From Batkoa obscura (lineage: Eukaryota): a stretch of DNA of 48,491 nt. The notes beneath the pieces were generated by a model. The model ran no database searches, was not told the DNA's origin, and saw only the letters and a list, made by a program, of their open reading frames with translations. Shown here piece by piece: positions 12,614 to 24,323 of this stretch; position 1 is the first letter of the stretch, and every line of letters begins with the position of its first letter. The stretch covers positions 1-48,491 of the forward strand of contig JASVEC010000117.1 of the NCBI GenBank assembly GCA_030770535.1, given 5' to 3'. The position numbers and the translations under genes were made by a program.

Positions 12614-13813
12614 TAATCAATTGATCAATTTAATGAGCTTTTATAACAATACAATACAACTTTGCACTAAATTAAAAAAAAGAACAATATATTAATGATA
12701 CAAACCAGTAATATATTGATATAAATACATAAGTTATAATCAGACATATTTCAATTCAATTCGCCAAGTTTAAACATAAATGTTTTACTGCACTAAGTTA
12801 ACCCACATTTCCATATAATTATGACTCAACTCACTCCTTTAATTTTTTCCATTACGAAATACTTTTTATTGGCATATACAACTATCTCAATTTGATCTCT
12901 ATCTATCATTCAGACTCTATATTATAACTAAAACTACTTTGCAACTTTAAATTATCTATTAAAACTGCGATTTTAACTGTTTTAGGCTGTTTTGTTTTAT
13001 TTTTACAAAACCTGCTAATAGTTATATTAAAATACAATAAACACAGTATTATAAAAAACTCAATTTTAGAATATTTATTTGTTTTTGGCTTTAGTAATAT
13101 ATAGCTGATATGGAGAAAATAAACTTTATCTTCAAAACGGGAACTTGAAAAAAACAATCAGATGAAATCTACTTAAAATAAGGTTAAGAAATAGAATTCC
13201 GAAATTGCCTTTTTTATAAATTTATAATAAAAAGAATTAGTAATATAAAACTAAATAATGATAATGGTACATTGATTTTTTAAAAACCCGAGAATTCAGA
13301 TAATTTAAAAGTAAAGCACTCCCTGTTATTTAGCTAATTATAGAATATTCTTTATCGATATTTAACATTAAATACCATATATCTCATATTATTAATACAA
13401 GTTTATCCAACTCTTCTGAATTTAAAAAGTAAATTCTGGGTAATTGTCTGGAATTTAGTTTAATAATACAATCCCGAGTTGAAATCAAAGTATCAGACAA
13501 TTTGAAAAATAATTTTTCTAATCCAACGTTATTACCCAAAAGCTAAGCAACTTGAACTGAAGCAGCACATGTAATCCAAAAGCGATTTGATTTCATTCAT
13601 CCTATACTTTTAATCAATTGATATCCAATAAAAAGTAATGTTAAGCTGTATCCTATAAACATCATCTATTTCACTTACCCACTGTATCCCGTTGCAACTT
13701 ATCTGAAAACTAAGGGTCTAAATGTTTAGTTCATCACTACTAAACTATATCTCTCCTTTTTATTATAAATAAGCACCAAATCCTAATTATATTTATTAAC
13801 AGAAAAAATATGA

Positions 13814-13895
13814 TCTCAGCACCCGGGATCGAACCAGGGACCGATGGATTGCTATCATTTACAGTCCATCGCTCTTCCAACTGAGCTATGCTGAG
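13814..13895 (-). tRNA. tRNA-Tyr(GTA) with 9-nt intron (13850-13858)
   Basis: Minus strand reads CTCAGCATAGCTCAGTTGGAAGAGCGATGGACTGTAA[ATGATAGCA]ATCCATCGGTCCCTGGTTCGATCCCGGGTGCTGAGA. All stems pair, the intron sits at 37/38, and the mature length is 73 nt. Confidence 0.95.
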
Positions 13896-14152
13896 TTATC
13901 CAATGGACTTGGAATTGGTAAATAATATATATTCTTTTAATTGCTTTAGCTCAATACAAAGGATACCTAAATTGGTTTCAGAATTCATTTAGAAATAAAA
14001 TATAAGCTTTTATAATTAAACTTCAAAATAAATTTTTTGTAAGTTTTAATATAATAAAAAATAATAACTAATAAAATTCCTATATAACATTTATTTGATT
14101 TATTATTTGATTTGTTGTTTAATTAAAACTTAAAAATGGTAAAAATAATATA

Positions 14153-14252
14153 TGGAGATGTTTTTTTTGACTTCATTACTTTTCCATCCTTTAAGCACTA
14201 TTTAAGTGGAAAGATTGTTAGTGAAATTATTAAATATAGAAATACATCCCCA
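14153..14252. mobile_element. ~100-bp MITE copy 3
   Basis: TGGAGATGTTTT...AAATACATCCCCA, TA/TA flanks. Confidence 0.88.
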
Positions 14253-14520
14253 TATAATACATTTCTATGCTTAAAAATTTTACTAACAGTTTTTTGCTTA
14301 AATAGTACTTGAAAAACATCTTTACATATATTAAATAAAAGTAAAAACTGATATATGAAAAGCATTTTAAAAATTTCAAAATAAAACAATATCCAAACTA
14401 ATATTTTTTAAATATATATTAAATAATTTTAGAAATACAAACAGAGTATTAATAAAAAATAACAACTAGTAAGAAAAAATTATTTTAAATATTTTAAATA
14501 TTAAACTATAATCTAAGATA

Positions 14521-14620
14521 TGAGGATATTTTATTGACTTCATTACTTTTTCCATTTTTTAAACATTGTTTGAGTAGAAATATTGTTAGGAAAATTCTTG
14601 AACACAAAAATACATCCCCA
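14521..14620. mobile_element. ~100-bp MITE copy 4
   Basis: TGAGGATATTTT...AAAAATACATCCCCA, TA/TA flanks. Confidence 0.88.
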
Positions 14621-14668
14621 TATACATATTTTATTTGTTTATTACAGCTTTAATTAATATCAATACAT

Positions 14669-15132
14669 TGTGAAATCTGGTACTCAGGGTTTGGAGTCAA
14701 AAGCAGCTATTGCTTGGTTGACTACACTATAAGTCGAAAAGCCTTAGTTCATGTGACTAAGATGGACTTGGATTATGAAGAATAGCACGTAATAGGCTAC
14801 AGACTATGTAAAACAAATAGAATAGATAATACCACTGTAAAATCTACGTAAAATACTATTAAGAAAACTTAGTGGCTTTATTCAATGTTCAAGATATTAG
14901 GGGATAATTCAGTTAAAAAGTCTCGAACTACTATGTTCTAAAATCTCTTTTATACTCTGAAAAGTATAAATATCAAAATGAGAAGATAATATTCTTTGGG
15001 ATGGAGCTAGAAATTCTCATAGCAAATTAAAATAAGAGCGTGGGATTAATTTTCTCTGAACTCAAGAACACAACAGCTTAGGCGATTATTATGCTATAAT
15101 TAACCATGGGACTGACAAAGCGATATTTCACA
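14669..15132 (+). mobile_element. ~464-bp solo-LTR-like element copy A
   Basis: Ends TGTGAAAT...ATTTCACA form an 8-bp inverted repeat, with a perfect 4-bp flanking duplication ACAT/ACAT. Internal TATAAATA. Collinear with 18971-19430 and 39149-39610. Confidence 0.8.
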
Positions 15133-15327
15133 ACATAAGTTAAATTAGTAAAGGCTCTTGATAATATAGCAATTTTTATTAAACTTAATAAAAGTTTTAT
15201 CAATTTATGTTATAAATTATAATAAAACAATTTAAAATAATTTAATTTTTATATAACTTACCAATAAAAAATATAAAAAAACAAGGCTTTTGTTACTATG
15301 ATTTTATGTAATATATACTTTAATATA

Positions 15328-15428
15328 TGGGAGTGTTTTTTTTAACTTCATTATTTTTTCCATTTTTTAAGCGCTATTTAAGCGGAAAATTTGTTAGTAA
15401 AATTCTTAAACATAAAAATACATCCCCA
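15328..15428. mobile_element. ~100-bp MITE copy 5
   Basis: TGGGAGTGTTTT...AAAAATACATCCCCA, TA/TA flanks. Confidence 0.88.
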
Positions 15429-15826
15429 TATATTTTTAGTAAAATTATTTTAAAATTAAATCAAAAACTAAAAAAATAAACATCAACTATAGATCTTTCA
15501 ATAATAGGATTTTATTAAACAACTTTTTACAGTATACTTTTAAATTGTATTCACAAAATCACTCATAATTACTTGTATTAACTTATAAATTACTATTTAC
15601 CAGATTTTTATAATTTTTTAAAACTGTCAGGTATTTTTGCTTCTTGATAAAAAATTAGGTTAGTATTGTTTTATTGATTACTTTCATAAGTTATTGAATT
15701 TTAAAAACTGAACGAAAAAATTAAAAAAATTTAGACATCCTAATACGGAGTTTGTAAATTTGAAGACAGATACAAAACAAATAAACAAAAAGTAAATTTT
15801 AACCTCATATTTAGTTTATAAATTAT

Positions 15827-16450
15827 TTATTGAGAATAAACGAAACCAAGGATCTGACAACAAGCTATTAATAAGATTGGAAATTCAACTGAGGATATAT
15901 GAAAACTAAACCTTACCTGAGCAATCATTAGCTCTTTATGGGATAAACAGAAGCTAGCTAAGATCACTAATGGACTCTCATTCAAGCTTATAACCCATTG
16001 GTACAAATTACTGTCTCCGATCCTTCTTTTAGTAATGGTATAAGCGCCTGTTTCCTCTTCTATTGCATAAGGATTGTAAGTAGTTAATCTTGAAACTGTT
16101 AGTTCGTAGTTCAGCTCAGCTCTCAATTGATTCATCTTTAGTATTTTAACTAATATATTTGGGTACAATTGATATGTTTTGGTTTCTAGTAAAATACTAT
16201 TATCAAGCCCTTGAAGCTGCCTTCCATCATTGGTAGGGTAGATCTGATACCAAACAACTTCGGATCCCTTTTCTATTAGCTTCCAGGTACATTGATTGAT
16301 ATTTTTAAATAATGAGAATTCAGTTTGGAGTATGAATTTTTTAATTGGAGGAGAATATGGAGGAAGTGATATACCATGATGGGCTGTGGAATAAGCTGGA
16401 AGTGACTCATCACCTTCGGAGATGATTGAATTTGAGTTTGATAAACTCAT
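15827..16450 (-). CDS. Tandem-LPxY family protein 4 (207 aa)
   Basis: LPAY-x8-LPPY, WKLIEKGSEVVWY, C-terminal EFPILLIACCQILGFVYS. Confidence 0.9.
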   Translation of the reverse strand: MSLSNSNSIISEGDESLPAYSTAHHGISLPPYSPPIKKFILQTEFSLFKNINQCTWKLIEKGSEVVWYQIYPTNDGRQLQGLDNSILLETKTYQLYPNILVKILKMNQLRAELNYELTVSRLTTYNPYAIEEETGAYTITKRRIGDSNLYQWVISLNESPLVILASFCLSHKELMIAQVRFSFHISSVEFPILLIACCQILGFVYSQ

Positions 16451-17441
16451 TTTTCAACTTGATGAAAATAGGTGCTATTTTATAGTTTTAGGGTCATTCC
16501 GCAGCGATGGTTTTGGATTTTTTACTTTTAGGGTCAAAATATGGGCTGGGCTGCTGCCAAAATTGTTGATCATATCAATTATTATTATTGTAAAAAATAT
16601 TAAATTTGCTTTTTAAAGTACTGACTACTAACTCTACTTAATTATAGGCAAAATATATAATTTTCATTTTGTTTTGTGATACAACTGCGAAACAAGTTAC
16701 TCAGTATAATCAACAAAAATAATGTACTATAGGTGAGTCATAATTAATCGATGGCAGCTAAAAATTAGAGCCCCTTTAATATATTAAAATAGTTACTAAA
16801 ACGGCGCTTTAATTTTTTGTATCCCTTTGATTGATTTAGGGTTGGTTTTGCAATTTGTTTATAGCCCAAATGGAATTCAACACTGTTTATTATCTTTAAT
16901 TTTTACTAAAAAAATATGACCAAATATACTAAAAATAAACGCATAATATAATAAATGGTACTAAGGTTAAATTTATACACTATATTATGCTGTCTTTAAT
17001 ATCTCTTCTAAAATCATTTTGTATTTTATTCTAAATTTAAGCTGGACTTAAAATTACTAATCTTAAATTAAGAAATGATAATAAATAAATAGCTTATTCT
17101 TACTGGTTAATACTTCTAAATGATATCATAATAGCTCATCTATTTAAGCGTTCAACAACTTTCTTGACTTATATTGATCTAAATCATGAACTGTAGTTTC
17201 AAATAAAGTCCTATTAATAATAATAAAACCGAACCTATTTTCATTTAAAGAATATATAAAAGCGCCGATTTCGTTATGAAAATAAATAATTTAAATTTAA
17301 TCAGCTATCACTTTAATCTCTAATATCAACAATTCTTATAATTGATAGCAGACGAATTACTTAAACTGATAAGAGCATTAATTTAACTGCGCATCTTAAT
17401 TAACAGTATAAATACCCAGCAAACTACACAGGGTAAAGAAA

Positions 17442-18062
17442 ATGTCAGATCCTACTTATAACAATTTAAATGGTGAACTGCTACCTTCTTATTCCTTACA
17501 ATATAATAATAGCGCACTACCCTCATACCCATCCCAAATCAAAAGTTTTACAATACATAGCAACTTTTCTTTGATAAAAAAGATCCCTCAGTGTAAATGG
17601 AAATTACAAGAAGCAGGCACCAAAGCTTCTTGGTTTTCGATTAAGCCCACCAATAATGGGATTCAACTCATTGACTTTGATGACTCAGTCATAATGAAAA
17701 CTCATCAGCTACCAAGATTAGACCATAAGCTTTACTTTAAAGTTATAGATCCTTTAAATCAAAGATGCTATGCTGAGGTAATATCCCAGTTGAATCAGTG
17801 TGTGATTTTGATGTCCCATTCTTACCAGAAGGAAACTGAGATCAAAAAGTATGTGATTGAGAAAAAAAGACTGAGTAGTGGGCGCTCAATATGGAACATT
17901 TATTTAAATGGGTTCCCAGATACAGTAGTCTGTAGCTTTAATTTAAAACACGATCGAACAGAGATTGCGGATGTTAGATTCAATTGTAGTTATTTAACTA
18001 GTTTGGAGTTTTATACGTTTTTCAGTGTGGTGGGACAACTCGTTTCGTTAATTTATTCTTGA
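17442..18062 (+). CDS. Tandem-LPxY family protein 5 (206 aa)
   Basis: LPSY-x8-LPSY, WKLQEAGTKASWF, C-terminal EFYTFFSVVGQLVSLIYS. TATAAATA lies ~35 bp upstream. Confidence 0.9.
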   Translation: MSDPTYNNLNGELLPSYSLQYNNSALPSYPSQIKSFTIHSNFSLIKKIPQCKWKLQEAGTKASWFSIKPTNNGIQLIDFDDSVIMKTHQLPRLDHKLYFKVIDPLNQRCYAEVISQLNQCVILMSHSYQKETEIKKYVIEKKRLSSGRSIWNIYLNGFPDTVVCSFNLKHDRTEIADVRFNCSYLTSLEFYTFFSVVGQLVSLIYS

Positions 18063-18784
18063 ATGTGTATTTATTAGTCTTATTTTTTAACTTACTAGCT
18101 GCCATTGGTAGTCTTATTATATTATTATTATCAAATAAATTTATTACTATTTTTTATTCCATTTTGCTACCTATTTTCAATGTGAAATTTTAAAACTTAT
18201 CAACAATATAACAATCTAAAATTAGAATTATCCGAAAAACTCTCAATATTAGTTCTAAAAATCCCTATCATTTCATTTTTAACGAAATGATGCAATAATA
18301 ACCATTATGTCACTTTTCAATTTAATACGTACTACCAACCATCATTATTTTTCCTTTTAATAAAGCTGCTTACAAATAGCATTTAAATATGGACTAGCTT
18401 ACAGAGACTTTCATATCAGTTCAATAATTCAACACTTCGATTAAAGTATATTTTATTCCTACAATTTATTGTATTGATAAAAAACTATTAAATATTATTA
18501 AAACAAAAAACAAAGTAATAAGAAATAATAAAATATGAACATTTCTTAATTTAGAATGTTTATGTTTATTTTTAAATTAAACTATTTATTAATTTATTTG
18601 AATAAATATAAAAATTATCTTTAAAATTATGATATAGAGATATCTAAATTAATTTCATTTTTGCTTAATTTGTAAAAAATTTATGCTTTAAAAATTTTGC
18701 TTAAAACTATAGAAATATTTTTATTAAAAGCAGAAATATCTAATATAGCTTTAAATTATTTTATTATAATCTATATTATAAGTT

Positions 18785-18970
18785 AGAAGGATTTCTATTA
18801 AATCTAATGAAAAGCACCATATTACCAAGGCTTCTACTAATATAACCTATATATTAGCATTAATCAAAGCTGTAGTATGTAAATAAATACATATTTTTAT
18901 AAAACATTATTAAGAAGTATCTATTATTAACTGCTTTGTAGCTAATATTGCAAACTTCCTATCAAATAGA
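18785..18970. repeat. ~185-bp dispersed repeat, copy 1 (degenerate, probably TE-derived)
   Basis: Aligns by eye with 38258-38442, e.g. AAAGCTGTA...GTAAATAAATACATATTT...CTGCTTT.TAGCTAATAT...CTATCAAATA. Confidence 0.7.
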
Positions 18971-19430
18971 TATGAAATTTGATATTCAGTGCTTGGAATC
19001 AAAAGCAGTTCTTGCTTGATTGGCCAGCTGTAAGTTTAAAGGTCCTATTTTATATGACTAAGATAGACTTGAATTATGAAGAGTAGGACGTATTAGGTTA
19101 CAGACTATGGAAGACAAATAGAATAGATAATGTTACTGTAAAATCTATATAAAATATTATCAGAAAGATTTAGTGGCTTTATTAGAGGTACAATATCAGA
19201 GAACGATTCAGTTAAAAAGCCTCGAGTTATTATATTGAAGAATCTTTTTTATACTGCAACAAGTATGGATATCAAAATGAGAGAATAATATTGTTTGTAA
19301 TATGAAATTAGAAATTCCCATAGTATCAAAATAAGAGCCTAGAATTGGTTGTCTCCGAACTCAAGGACACAGCAACTTAAGTTATTATCTGTTATAATCA
19401 ATCATAGAGCTGACAAAGCGATATTTCACA
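18971..19430 (+). mobile_element. ~460-bp solo-LTR-like element copy B
   Basis: TATGAAAT (TG mutated)...ATTTCACA, collinear with copies A and C. No recognisable TSD (TAGA/TTTC). Confidence 0.78.
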
Positions 19431-19646
19431 TTTCTTATTATATTTACACTTATTATTATTATTATTATTATTAACACAATTTTATATTTTATTAAAAATT
19501 TTCATATATTTTATATATTATATATATTTTTTGGCAAGTTATTATGAAATTTTTCTCAAATTTTTATTTTTATTTTTATTTCATGTGGTCAAATAATTAA
19601 ATTTTGCTTTTAAATACTACAAATAAATTAATTTTATTTAGTTATA

Positions 19647-19747
19647 TGGGGATGTTTTTTTGTGTTTAAGAATTCTATTAACAATTTTTCTACTCAAATA
19701 ATGCTTAAAAAACGGAAGAAGTAATGAAGTCAAAAAAAACACCCCCA
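19647..19747. mobile_element. ~100-bp MITE copy 6
   Basis: TGGGGATGTTTT...AAAAAACACCCCCA, TA/TA flanks. Confidence 0.88.
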
Positions 19748-20065
19748 TATTTAGTTTCTAATAACTTTGTTCTTATTAACTTTTAGCACATAAGTTTAAA
19801 TGCTAGTTTAAATCTAGTTCAAAAATTATTAAAGTTATAATAATAATGAACTATAAAGTATGATATATATAGTAATCTTAGAAGGCTTATTTAGTAAATG
19901 GAAAATTCAAAACAGATAAAAAACAAAAGGAGTAGTATTATTTGTATATGTTAATAAAGTTAAAAGGCTTTAATGGCGAATCAATAAAACAGAAACTATC
20001 TTACGAATATTAAAATCTGTATCTTTTCTTTAAATATTATATTTGACAATAAAAAGAAGAAAGGG

Positions 20066-20139
20066 GCTCGTATGGCGCAATTGGCTAGCGCGTTCGACTG
20101 TTAATCGAGAGGTTGCTGGTTCGATCCCAGCTATGAGCG
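20066..20139 (+). tRNA. tRNA-Asn(GTT)
   Basis: GCTCGTATGGCGCAATTGGCTAGCGCGTTCGACTGTTAATCGAGAGGTTGCTGGTTCGATCCCAGCTATGAGCG folds as a cloverleaf and is followed by a T5 terminator. Confidence 0.95.
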
Positions 20140-21945
20140 TACCAATTTTTAATATTAAAATGGTACTTAATTTTAGTTTTGAGTTCAAACAAAGCCTGAG
20201 TATTTTTTTCATCTAAAAGTTCATGTCAATATAAAAGATTAATCCTATCATCAAAATCTTTAAATGAAAAACAACAGATTATAAAAACACAGATTGTGTT
20301 TAATTGGGTTGGTATATTGTCTAAGTAGAGTACTTTAGTTTCTTGTTTATTAAAATCAAAAGTACTTTGATTGTCTTTCTCTAAATGATTTGTAATTCTA
20401 TTTCAATCATACATAACGGGTAATTCTAAAATTGTCCCTGACTAAATTCTAATGAAAATCCCTGAATACGTCAAGGGTTTAGTTAATGAATAAGGTACTT
20501 TTTGTTTTATCAAAAAGACTATAAACCTTAGTTGCATACTTTTACACAATTGGTCTAAACAATAGTTAAAATCAGATGGTAAGCTCCAATCTCTTAGTTA
20601 ATAAACTTACATGTTTAAGTTAGTTTTGTTTGATACATTAAATGATTTAATGAAATGTATTATACCAGTTTTTTGTATAAAGAATACACTTTTTATTAAT
20701 TAGGGCTTAAATGTAGTAATAGGTAATTTAAGATTTAAAAACTTAAGTTATTTAGTATCCGCTTATGAAGCAGAGAGGTTATTCAGTTAATAATAACGAA
20801 ATGTAGTAGAATTTTTGAACTTCTATATAAAGCAAATTTATAAACACATGGAGTTTTTATTTAGTTATCAGGAATATTTTTTAAATTTAATTTAATAGTT
20901 TGTGGTTACAAATGGGTATATAGCTCTTTAAAGGAGTGTAGTTTTGGGGTCGATATGTAAGCATTGTTCTGCCCAAGGTCCGAAATTATCCCCCAAAAAA
21001 CGAAAATAATTACAAGGATTGATAAGAGAAGCCAAAAGTTATGGTATACTATTTTTTGAAATTTATTTTATAAGAATCAAAAAAGATAACTCAATTATAA
21101 TTATTAAAATAATATATAAAAGTTAGTTGATTAATCAAACACATAAGGTCCTAATTAACTACATATTAAATAATATAGTATAATACAGATAATGACTACA
21201 ATAGGTAATATTTAGTAAAAGATAACTTGTTGAAACCAAAACAAATAGTCAAAAATTGAGTATTAACATACGAGTCAAAAGGATATGTTTATTGGCTATA
21301 CTGATCGGAAAACAGCTTAAATTAAATAGGTATTTATTAAAATATTTCAAAATAGAAACACTAAGGCTTAAATCGAGCTTTACTAAATTAATAATAAACT
21401 AAAAAATGAAACTTTTGGGTAGAAAATCGAAAATAAAATGAGATCATCAAAAGTAAGCTAAAAACCAATGGATGTACTAGTGTTTTATATTTTGGGGATC
21501 TGTAGTAAAAAGTGATTTCATTTTGATTTTGAACCCTTTGTAATAAATTTGAAATCTGATTATTAAATAAATATATATTTTTTTCAAATTCAAAAATAGC
21601 TATGAACGACTATGTATATTACACAAGATAACATCCAGGGATGGTGAAGACATATTCAGCCAATTTAAGTTCATTGTCGGCGTTATGAATTTTTACAAAG
21701 CATAGCTATTAAGGAAGCAAATATCAATTACAAAGAATCTATTTTTAAAGCAACCAATTTAACAACATAAGCTTATTAGCTAAATTTAAATATCCACAAT
21801 CAAGTCAATTAATTGGATAAATTGAGAAGTATAAATTCTCTGAGCTGGGTTGGCTGCGAAAGGGATAAAGTATAAATAAGGTGACAAAAAATTAAAATTA
21901 TTTAAAAAATTATTTAGAAAACATAACAATAACAGAAGCTGAAGC

Positions 21946-22575
21946 ATGGAAGTGCTACCAGAGTATAATAGCATCAATGAATCAATTGAGCTACCTAGTT
22001 ATCATAGTCCGCTCAAGCAATTCACAATCAAAAGTAAATTTTCATTGAACGTTGGAATCCATAGGTGTAATTGGAATGTATGTGAAAAGGGAAGTGATAT
22101 CGTATGGTATAAGCTATATCCTAATTTACGAGGCGTTTCTTTAAAAGAGAGTAACAAATCGGCTTTGATTGATTTGATTCAAATTCCTTCAAGTAAGACT
22201 GGCTTGGATTTATACAATTTCATCATCAATGACAAATCCCAAAACTCGAGAGTTACCATGGAAGTCCAAAGCAATGACAAAGAACTAATCTATTACATTA
22301 ATGTCTATAAAACCAACCTCAAAGGACAAGATAAAGAAACTTATTGTATTAGTAAAAGATCTGCCAATCATGGTAATAATTCAGTATGGTGTTTATATAA
22401 TGTTGAATACCCTAATGAAGTTTTGGCCAAATTTACATTGGCTTTTTCTTGCCAAAGAATAGCTGATATCGCTCTTTATAATAACATTCCACTCTTTGAG
22501 TATCATATATTCTTAACTTCTATCTCCCAATGCCTATTACACTTGTTTTCTATACATTCCAATTTGGCTTCTTAA
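21946..22575 (+). CDS. Tandem-LPxY family protein 6 (209 aa)
   Basis: LPEY-x8-LPSY, WNVCEKGSDIVWY, EYHIFLTSISQC. Close paralogue of 25668-26297. Confidence 0.92.
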   Translation: MEVLPEYNSINESIELPSYHSPLKQFTIKSKFSLNVGIHRCNWNVCEKGSDIVWYKLYPNLRGVSLKESNKSALIDLIQIPSSKTGLDLYNFIINDKSQNSRVTMEVQSNDKELIYYINVYKTNLKGQDKETYCISKRSANHGNNSVWCLYNVEYPNEVLAKFTLAFSCQRIADIALYNNIPLFEYHIFLTSISQCLLHLFSIHSNLAS

Positions 22576-22899
22576 CTTACCAATTTGTGTTTGAATCTAC
22601 TCATGTATAGCTCCTATCCCTTAAATTATTATTATACCATTTAGTTAATGTAAAATATAAAAAGTTCTTAGATATTTAATATACTAAAATACATTAAAAA
22701 AATATGTTTATACTAAATTTTTGAAGTTTTAATTTAATAGTCCATTATAAAAATATTTATAAAATTTAGTTTAAAATCCCTTATTTTATATTGAAATACT
22801 AGATTGATTAAACTTATAAAGTAATAGCTAACGAATACAGCATTGTTATGAAAATATTTTTAAAAAAATGTTATACATCAACAAGGTTTATATCATTTT

Positions 22900-23180
22900 A
22901 TTTAATCATCAGCATAAACTTTTAATCAGTGAGCAACCTTTACTATTTTAAAATAGAATTAAATCAAATGCTAAAAAACAAAAAAAATAAAATAAAGCAA
23001 AGGATTAAAATATTAGCTAAATAGATACCCAAACTATACTTTAAAAAGGAGCTTAGCTTCATACTTGGATGAATATGATAAGCCAATTCACAAGGTGGTA
23101 GTATCGTTATTTGAATTAAATGGACTAAATGATCTATACATAATTTAGCAAGTTCAATTTGTTTAATAATAATTTTCACC
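22900..23180 (-). pseudogene. 3' remnant of a duplicated UDP-glycosyltransferase
   Basis: Translates IIKQIELAKLC...PCELAYHIHPSMKLSSFLKYSLGIYLANILILCF, matching the C-terminus of 26620-28287. The rest of the gene is absent. The left boundary is approximate. Confidence 0.85.
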
Positions 23181-23654
23181 CCGAATTTTCTGTTCTAAAT
23201 TTTTAGTTTTCTGAACTGAAATTTTAAACACTCCAGAATTTGTTGAAAAATTATTTGCAATTTTGACCCAAAGCTAATATCAGTTTTGCTTAAAAGCAGC
23301 AAACTATTTTTTATATTATAATTTGTTAACTATTAATCAATAAATATAAAACTTAAAAATAAAAATAAATTATATGATTTTTACCAATTGGCCTTTTCAG
23401 ATTTGTATTTAATGCCAAAAAAGATAAAAGTTATTATTACATCTAATAAAAGACAAAAGATTATTAAATCTTTAAGTAAAAGCTAAAAAGGTATATTTAG
23501 AACATGGTGTTAATAGGAAAGGATTTGAAAATATTGCTAAAAGATTTAAAAACAAAAAAAGTGAAATTAAAAATAGAGATGAAGGAAAATTAATAAATTA
23601 AACTAAAAGCACTCTAAATTTATTGAAAATTTGATAACAAAAGTAAAAACAATA

Positions 23655-23755
23655 TGGGGATATAATTTTTTGTTTAAGAATTTGACTAACAATCTTTCTA
23701 CTCAAATAGCACTTAAAAAATGGAAAAAGTGATGAAATCAAAAAAAACATCCAGA
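23655..23755. mobile_element. ~100-bp MITE copy 7, inserted in the transposase relic
   Basis: TGGGGATATAATTTTT...AAAAAACATCCAGA, TA/TA flanks. Confidence 0.85.
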
Positions 23756-24291
23756 TATTTCAATTATTAAATAAACCAAAAACAGACTAGTAAAGTAATT
23801 TTTAAAAAGTTTCAATAAATACAATAAGCTAATAAGCAATGTAATAATTTTCAGTCATCTTAAATATAAGGTGATTTTTATTTTAAAACAAATAACCTTA
23901 ATAAAAATGATAATACAATTTATAAAATTAACTGTATTTTTATTAGAAAATCTAGTTTTAATGCCTATATGGTATAAGTAAAGCAAAGCTTTTAAAAAAT
24001 TAAAAAACAGTTTTTTTTTAATTATAATAGTTATTTCAGGCAATAAAATCTAAATTGATTTCTAGCAAAATTATAACTTTTTTGAAAAATACTAAATACT
24101 TATTCAATTAAAGTATTCATAATCAAAATCTCATTTTATACTTTAACATTAAATTTTATTAAAAAGGTATTTTTTAAGCTCAAAAGTTACACAAATAAAA
24201 AATTAAAAGCTGGAAAAAATAAAACTATAAATATCATAGAAAAAGTTCAATAGTGTTAATATGTTTTTTAAATTTACTTATATAGTTATAG

Positions 24292-24323
24292 TATTTTATT
24301 TTATTTTATTTTATTTTATTTTA
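24292..24323. repeat. (TATTT)n microsatellite
   Basis: About six tandem pentamers. Confidence 0.8.

Noticed and set aside
8318..13157. AT-rich intergenic ORFs (8318-8548, 9322-9561, 10104-10310, 12906-13157)
   Set aside because: Low-complexity I/F/K/N-rich translations are expected by chance. The 9850-10330 region may be a decayed gene, but I cannot identify it.
13380..13720. Possible small spliced gene on the minus strand next to tRNA-Tyr
   Set aside because: A GTAAGT donor and a ~50-codon open stretch exist, but I could not build a coherent gene model or recognise a homologue.
14198..14389. Short ORFs overlapping MITEs (also 38937-39197 and 43290-43541, two ending LTIFPLK)
   Set aside because: The shared peptide ends come from reading through the non-coding MITE core.
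20030..20212. 60-aa ORF containing AGIEPATSRLTVERASQLRH
   Set aside because: It is the antisense translation of tRNA-Asn.
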